From: a virus
Taxonomy: Duplodnaviria > Caudoviricetes
Length of the DNA: 35,402 nt
Direction: 5' to 3' (one strand)
IMG/VR virus record: IMGVR_UViG_3300037631_000271
Span: 1 to 35,402 of that record
The stretch's first letter is position 1. Each line of letters opens with the position of its first letter. Below are positions 31,765 to 35,402 of the stretch, piece after piece. The notes below the pieces were generated by a model, which had not been told where the DNA came from, did not search any database, and was given only the letters and a program-made list of their open reading frames with translations. Position numbers and translations under genes: made by a program.

Positions 31765-32637
31765 ATGTTAGGGACAGAACTCATGGAAATGGATAACGAC
31801 CTTGATAACATCGTAGCGGCTATGTCGAGCGATAACGTCGAGGAGATGATGAAGCTTACTGGACAGGGTGGCGGTGCCACTGAGAAGGTTGGGCTTCCTC
31901 GTTTGAACATCAACTACGATCAGGAGACGGACGACGGTCACAACCTCACACGGGGCGACTGGAAGATGTTTCTTAACGGCCAGTATATCTTCGCCAAAGA
32001 AGTCAAGCTTCGAGCGTTGCTGCGTACCTACGAGTATTCTATGTGGGATGCAGAGGCCAACGAGGGTAAGGGCGGCTTCTCGTGCAAGTCAGTTCAGAAG
32101 ACTTCGTTCGGTGGTGGATTCCCCGACACGCAGGGCGGTAACAAGTGTGGTCGCCTCACTCGTGACGAGGAGGATGCACTCGACAAGGATGACGTGCGAT
32201 ACCTGACTTCTCGTGCCGTCGTATGTAATCAGGTGATTTACGGACGCATCAGTGGCACGTTCCACTCTGCGGATGGTACTCCTGTCGAGGTAACCGACGA
32301 GCCGGTGATTGCTTACTTCAAGCGGTCAGGGTTCAAGCCTATCGCAGACTTCATTCAGGGTCTGACGAAGCAAAACAAACTGATGGCGCAGACCAGCATC
32401 TTGCTGCGTACGAACCGTCAGAAGAAGGGCAGCGTGACCTACTGGACACCGATGCCTACGTTCGATAGCACTGTAGCTATCACGGACGACGATAAGGAAC
32501 TGTTGGGAACTTTCGCGGAAACCGTCAAGGGTCACAACGAAAACGTAATGAATGGACACAGGGAAGCATCTAAGCTGATGTCAGACGATAGTGATATCGA
32601 TCTGGCTGCGGATTTCAAAGATGCTGACGCTGCTTAA
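31765..32637 (+). CDS. Putative single-stranded DNA-binding protein
   Basis: 290 aa between the polymerase and nuclease genes, with an acidic C-terminal tail, its own promoter and a strong RBS. Function is inferred from synteny. Confidence 0.55.
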   Translation: MLGTELMEMDNDLDNIVAAMSSDNVEEMMKLTGQGGGATEKVGLPRLNINYDQETDDGHNLTRGDWKMFLNGQYIFAKEVKLRALLRTYEYSMWDAEANEGKGGFSCKSVQKTSFGGGFPDTQGGNKCGRLTRDEEDALDKDDVRYLTSRAVVCNQVIYGRISGTFHSADGTPVEVTDEPVIAYFKRSGFKPIADFIQGLTKQNKLMAQTSILLRTNRQKKGSVTYWTPMPTFDSTVAITDDDKELLGTFAETVKGHNENVMNGHREASKLMSDDSDIDLAADFKDADAA

Positions 32638-33514
32638 CATTCAAGACTACATGTCTAAGGCTTTGCGGGGGGAGACCAGTGCTTCCTCCGCAGGTCTTTC
32701 TGCGTTTGTAGAAGAGACGAGACACTCAGTAAACAGGCAACTCACTGAAAAGCGCGGTGAGTATCGCATACGTATGTCTGGCTTGGGTCGCCCCCTATGC
32801 CAGCAGGTCCTAGAGAAGAAGGGCATCAAGGAGTCGATGCAGTACAATACGCTGTTTCGATTTATCTTCGGTGACATCACAGAAGCTATCCTCATGCTTG
32901 TCATGCGAGAGTCGGGTGTGGACATCGTTGATGCACAGCGACAGGTCGAACTGAAGGTAGGTGACCAGACGATCAAGGGCACACTCGACGTAATCATACG
33001 CGACGAGACCGGCACAGAGAAAGTGTGGGACATCAAGTCAGCAAGTGACTGGGCGTTCAAAAACAAGTTCACTGGGTTCGGCGGCTACGATGGCCTCAAG
33101 GAAGACGATCCCTTTGGCTACGTCATGCAGGGCTTCCTATACTCTGCGGCGACAGGCATGCCATTCGGCGGCTGGATCGTAGTCAACAAGTCGAGTGGCG
33201 AGGTGGCTATGGTCGAGGCACCTGAGTGGCAGGATGAGGACCGTGCCAAATACTTGGCGGATGCTGAGGAGCGTGTCAAATTCTTGACAGACCCTGACGT
33301 TAAAGAATTCAAACCCTACCCCGACGAGTTCGAGACGTACCGCCGCAAGGGTGAGACCCTGCGTACAGGCAACAAGGTCTTGGCGAAGGAGTGCAATCTG
33401 TGCGGATTTCGCAGTCACTGCTGGCCGAAAGCTGAACTGCACCCCCGTGTGACATCACAGGCCAAGTCGCCGCCACAGGTATGGTACACCAAGCTGAAGA
33501 CAAGGGAGGTGTGA
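32621..33514 (+). CDS. PD-(D/E)XK exonuclease (Cas4/RecB-like)
   Basis: RMSGLGRPLC, FGD, GTLD, VWDIKSAS, GYVMQ...Y and CNLCGFRSHCW. Start ATG 32621. Confidence 0.82.
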   Translation: MLTLLNIQDYMSKALRGETSASSAGLSAFVEETRHSVNRQLTEKRGEYRIRMSGLGRPLCQQVLEKKGIKESMQYNTLFRFIFGDITEAILMLVMRESGVDIVDAQRQVELKVGDQTIKGTLDVIIRDETGTEKVWDIKSASDWAFKNKFTGFGGYDGLKEDDPFGYVMQGFLYSAATGMPFGGWIVVNKSSGEVAMVEAPEWQDEDRAKYLADAEERVKFLTDPDVKEFKPYPDEFETYRRKGETLRTGNKVLAKECNLCGFRSHCWPKAELHPRVTSQAKSPPQVWYTKLKTREV

Positions 33515-33515
33515 T

Positions 33516-33896
33516 ATGCCCTACATCTTCGTACGAGACTACGAGATAGAACTGATGGAGATGAACAAGGAACTGCATCACGTCTATGTTGAGTCTCACG
33601 GCGGCAGTGGTGGGGAGCGTAAGCTTGTTCGTCTTCGTATGAACGAGAGGGGCCTCCCTCTCACACTGCGCGATAACTACAGTGAGTTGGGTACGCTGTC
33701 TTCGGGTACCGAAAAGCGTGACATCACCACACTCGAATCTGAATTGCAGAAGATAGGAAGAGTAGCACACTCTGGAGCCAACGTATGCGTCCCACTGAAT
33801 CGTTTGACAAACGAACTATCTATAATCGAAAAACTTTCCCCAAGAGTGGCAGGGTACGTGATACAAAGAATGGGGTCGATAGGAATGCAGATATGA
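33516..33896 (+). CDS. Hypothetical protein
   Basis: 126 aa, GGAGG RBS, coupled by ATGA to the next gene. Confidence 0.7.
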   Translation: MPYIFVRDYEIELMEMNKELHHVYVESHGGSGGERKLVRLRMNERGLPLTLRDNYSELGTLSSGTEKRDITTLESELQKIGRVAHSGANVCVPLNRLTNELSIIEKLSPRVAGYVIQRMGSIGMQI

Positions 33897-34282
33897 AGCG
33901 TGGCAATCGCAAGGCAGGGTTCCGGTCTAACTTCGAGTTAGGCATAGCGAAAAAACTCAGCAGCAAAAAAATTTTGTACGAATATGAGAGCCTACGACTT
34001 ACGTACGTGCCCAAGCCCCGCACCTACACGCCAGACTTTCATCTTACCAAGCAGAACATAATCATCGAAGCGAAGGGCTACTTCGACAAGGGTGACCGTG
34101 TTAAGATGCTTCTGATCAAGGAGCAGCATCCTGACTTGGACATTCGTATTGTTTTCCTGAATGCACGGAATAAGATTTACAAGGGAAGCAAAACCACGTA
34201 CGGTGCGTGGGCAGAGAAGAATGGATTCAAGTGGGCAGAGGGTTCGATCCCAGAGGAGTGGCTAAAAGATGACAACGATTGA
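33893..34282 (+). CDS. T7 endonuclease I-like Holliday junction resolvase
   Basis: GFRSNFE, YTPDF, IIIEAKGYF, HPDLDIRIVF and SKTTYGAWAEKNGFKW. Start ATG 33893. Confidence 0.92.
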   Translation: MKRGNRKAGFRSNFELGIAKKLSSKKILYEYESLRLTYVPKPRTYTPDFHLTKQNIIIEAKGYFDKGDRVKMLLIKEQHPDLDIRIVFLNARNKIYKGSKTTYGAWAEKNGFKWAEGSIPEEWLKDDND

Positions 34283-34613
34283 TGAGGGTGAATTCGAAAA
34301 GGCAACCCTGATGCCTAACCGCTGGTATATTATCCTGCGTAAGATAGACGAGGAAAGCTTCCAAGTGTCTGCGTACGATACGACCACAGACGACGACGAA
34401 GAGTTCTACGAGGCCGGTACGATTGTCACGAACGGCATGATGGAACTCCTAGAGTCTGACTTCGATAGAGTGATGGAAGCAGGCTTGGCGCGGCTGGCCT
34501 TCGAGAACGTCAAGGAGAAGATGCTTGACGAGGTGGACAACGACAACGGCCCCGTCGTAAAGCACGAAGACGGTACGAACATAGTTAAGATAGATTTTGG
34601 TAAGACGCAATGA
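34269..34613 (+). CDS. Acidic hypothetical protein
   Basis: 114 aa, ends NIVKIDFG, overlap-coupled. Confidence 0.7.
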   Translation: MTTIDEGEFEKATLMPNRWYIILRKIDEESFQVSAYDTTTDDDEEFYEAGTIVTNGMMELLESDFDRVMEAGLARLAFENVKEKMLDEVDNDNGPVVKHEDGTNIVKIDFGKTQ

Positions 34614-34945
34614 TCAAAGAGAACTGGACCCTCAACAACTATCAGATGCAGGCTCGTGAGTTTGCCATCTACCCAGAAGACATGAAGATCACCTACCCCA
34701 CTCTGGGCCTAGCCGGTGAGGCAGGCGAGGTGGCAGACAAGGTGAAGAAGGTCTACCGCGACGGGCGTGACGACTCGCGGTTCAAGGGAGAGATAGCAAA
34801 AGAGATCGGTGACGTTCTCTGGTATTGCGCTGCCCTCGCAGATGATCTAGGGTTTTCTTTGCAGCAGATTGCAGAGATGAATATGTACAAGCTGAAGTCT
34901 CGCAAGGCTGCTGGTAAGATACAGGGTGATGGAGACAACAGATGA
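34610..34945 (+). CDS. mazG: MazG-like nucleotide pyrophosphohydrolase
   Basis: LGLAGEAGEVADKVKK and KEIGDVLWY (ExxE...ExxD). Confidence 0.88.
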   Translation: MIKENWTLNNYQMQAREFAIYPEDMKITYPTLGLAGEAGEVADKVKKVYRDGRDDSRFKGEIAKEIGDVLWYCAALADDLGFSLQQIAEMNMYKLKSRKAAGKIQGDGDNR

Positions 34946-35223
34946 GACACGACGAATACATGAAGATACGCAACGAGGATTACTTGGGGGAGAAGAGCAA
35001 GGATGTCGATAACGTCAATCACCCGCCACACTATAATCAGGCAGGTATCGAATGCCTTGACGCAATCGCAGCGGCGACAGGCGACGGCTTCCAATACTAC
35101 CTACAGGGAAACATCCTCAAGTACCTCTGGCGGTACAGATACAAAAACGGAATCGAAGACCTCAAAAAGGCACAATTCTACTTGAACAAATTGATCGCAA
35201 CAAAGGAAGATAACAATGAATAA
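34942..35223 (+). CDS. DUF3310-like (T7 gp1.7-related) protein
   Basis: DNVNHPPHY...IECLDAI...GNILKYLWRYRYKNGIEDLKKAQFYL. Confidence 0.85.
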   Translation: MRHDEYMKIRNEDYLGEKSKDVDNVNHPPHYNQAGIECLDAIAAATGDGFQYYLQGNILKYLWRYRYKNGIEDLKKAQFYLNKLIATKEDNNE

Positions 35224-35402
35224 TATGCTACCAACAACCTACCAACAGTTTATACACAAGTCACGCTATGCACGTTGGCTTGATGACGAGGAGCGTCGTG
35301 AGAATTGGGATGAGACTGTCGAACGCTACTTGAAGTTTATGATCTATCAAGTAAAGGGCAAGCATCGGTTTGACATGTCGGCTGACGACATAACAGACAT
35401 TC
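35216..35402 (+). CDS. nrdJ: Class II (B12-dependent) ribonucleotide reductase, N-terminal fragment
   Basis: Not in the ORF track because it is truncated. MNNMLPTTYQQFIHKSRYARWLDDEERRENWDETVERY, with an AAGGA RBS. Confidence 0.8.
   Translation, partial: MNNMLPTTYQQFIHKSRYARWLDDEERRENWDETVERYLKFMIYQVKGKHRFDMSADDITDI

Larger units (their letters stand above)
1..35402. mobile_element. Bacteriophage genome fragment (podovirus-like, probably HMO-2011-type marine phage)
   Basis: Contains terminase, portal, scaffold, capsid, tail, lysis and T7-like replication genes. No tape measure or sheath gene and no host genes are seen. The DnaJ-like insert in PolA is a described hallmark of HMO-2011-type phages. 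Confidence 0.95.

Noticed and set aside
32621-33514. Cas4 indicating a CRISPR system
   Set aside because: It is a stand-alone phage PD-(D/E)XK nuclease in the replication module, with no array or other cas genes.
33804-33826. TTGACA and TATAAT in close proximity
   Set aside because: The spacer is only 11 bp and the site is inside a CDS, so it is not a functional sigma70 geometry.

Overview
The whole window is a fragment of a tailed dsDNA bacteriophage genome, a marine-type podovirus. It most resembles HMO-2011-type phages of Alphaproteobacteria, because its family A DNA polymerase carries a DnaJ-like CxxCxGxG zinc-finger insert. No host genes, tRNA, rRNA or CRISPR array are visible. Three blocks are present. 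(1) 1-20909, minus strand, morphogenesis and lysis: tail fibres, tail adaptor and nozzle, endolysin/holin cassette, a cluster of very basic small proteins, major capsid, scaffold, a probable internal virion protein with an HEXXH motif, portal, a diverged tyrosine-recombinase-fold protein, TerL and TerS. (2) 20910-21590, a non-coding region with back-to-back sigma70 promoters, palindromes and CCCGCC repeats (probable terminus or packaging region), followed by minus-strand early/accessory genes to 27339 (HNH endonuclease, wHTH, DUF932-like, glycosylase-like, zinc-finger and RHH proteins). (3) 27480-end, plus strand, replication: primase, helicase, split exonuclease and polymerase, SSB-like protein, PD-(D/E)XK nuclease, endonuclease I, MazG-like, DUF3310-like and the start of a class II RNR. 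The most unusual signals are the tyrosine recombinase with non-canonical catalytic residues placed between terL and portal, a tandem pair of covarying RNA hairpins in the scaffold leader, a dense TGACAAA motif array in the early region, a strong promoter firing into the non-coding repeat region, and a small gene almost fully overprinted on the portal 3' end. All product calls come from motif recognition and synteny; no database search was run.
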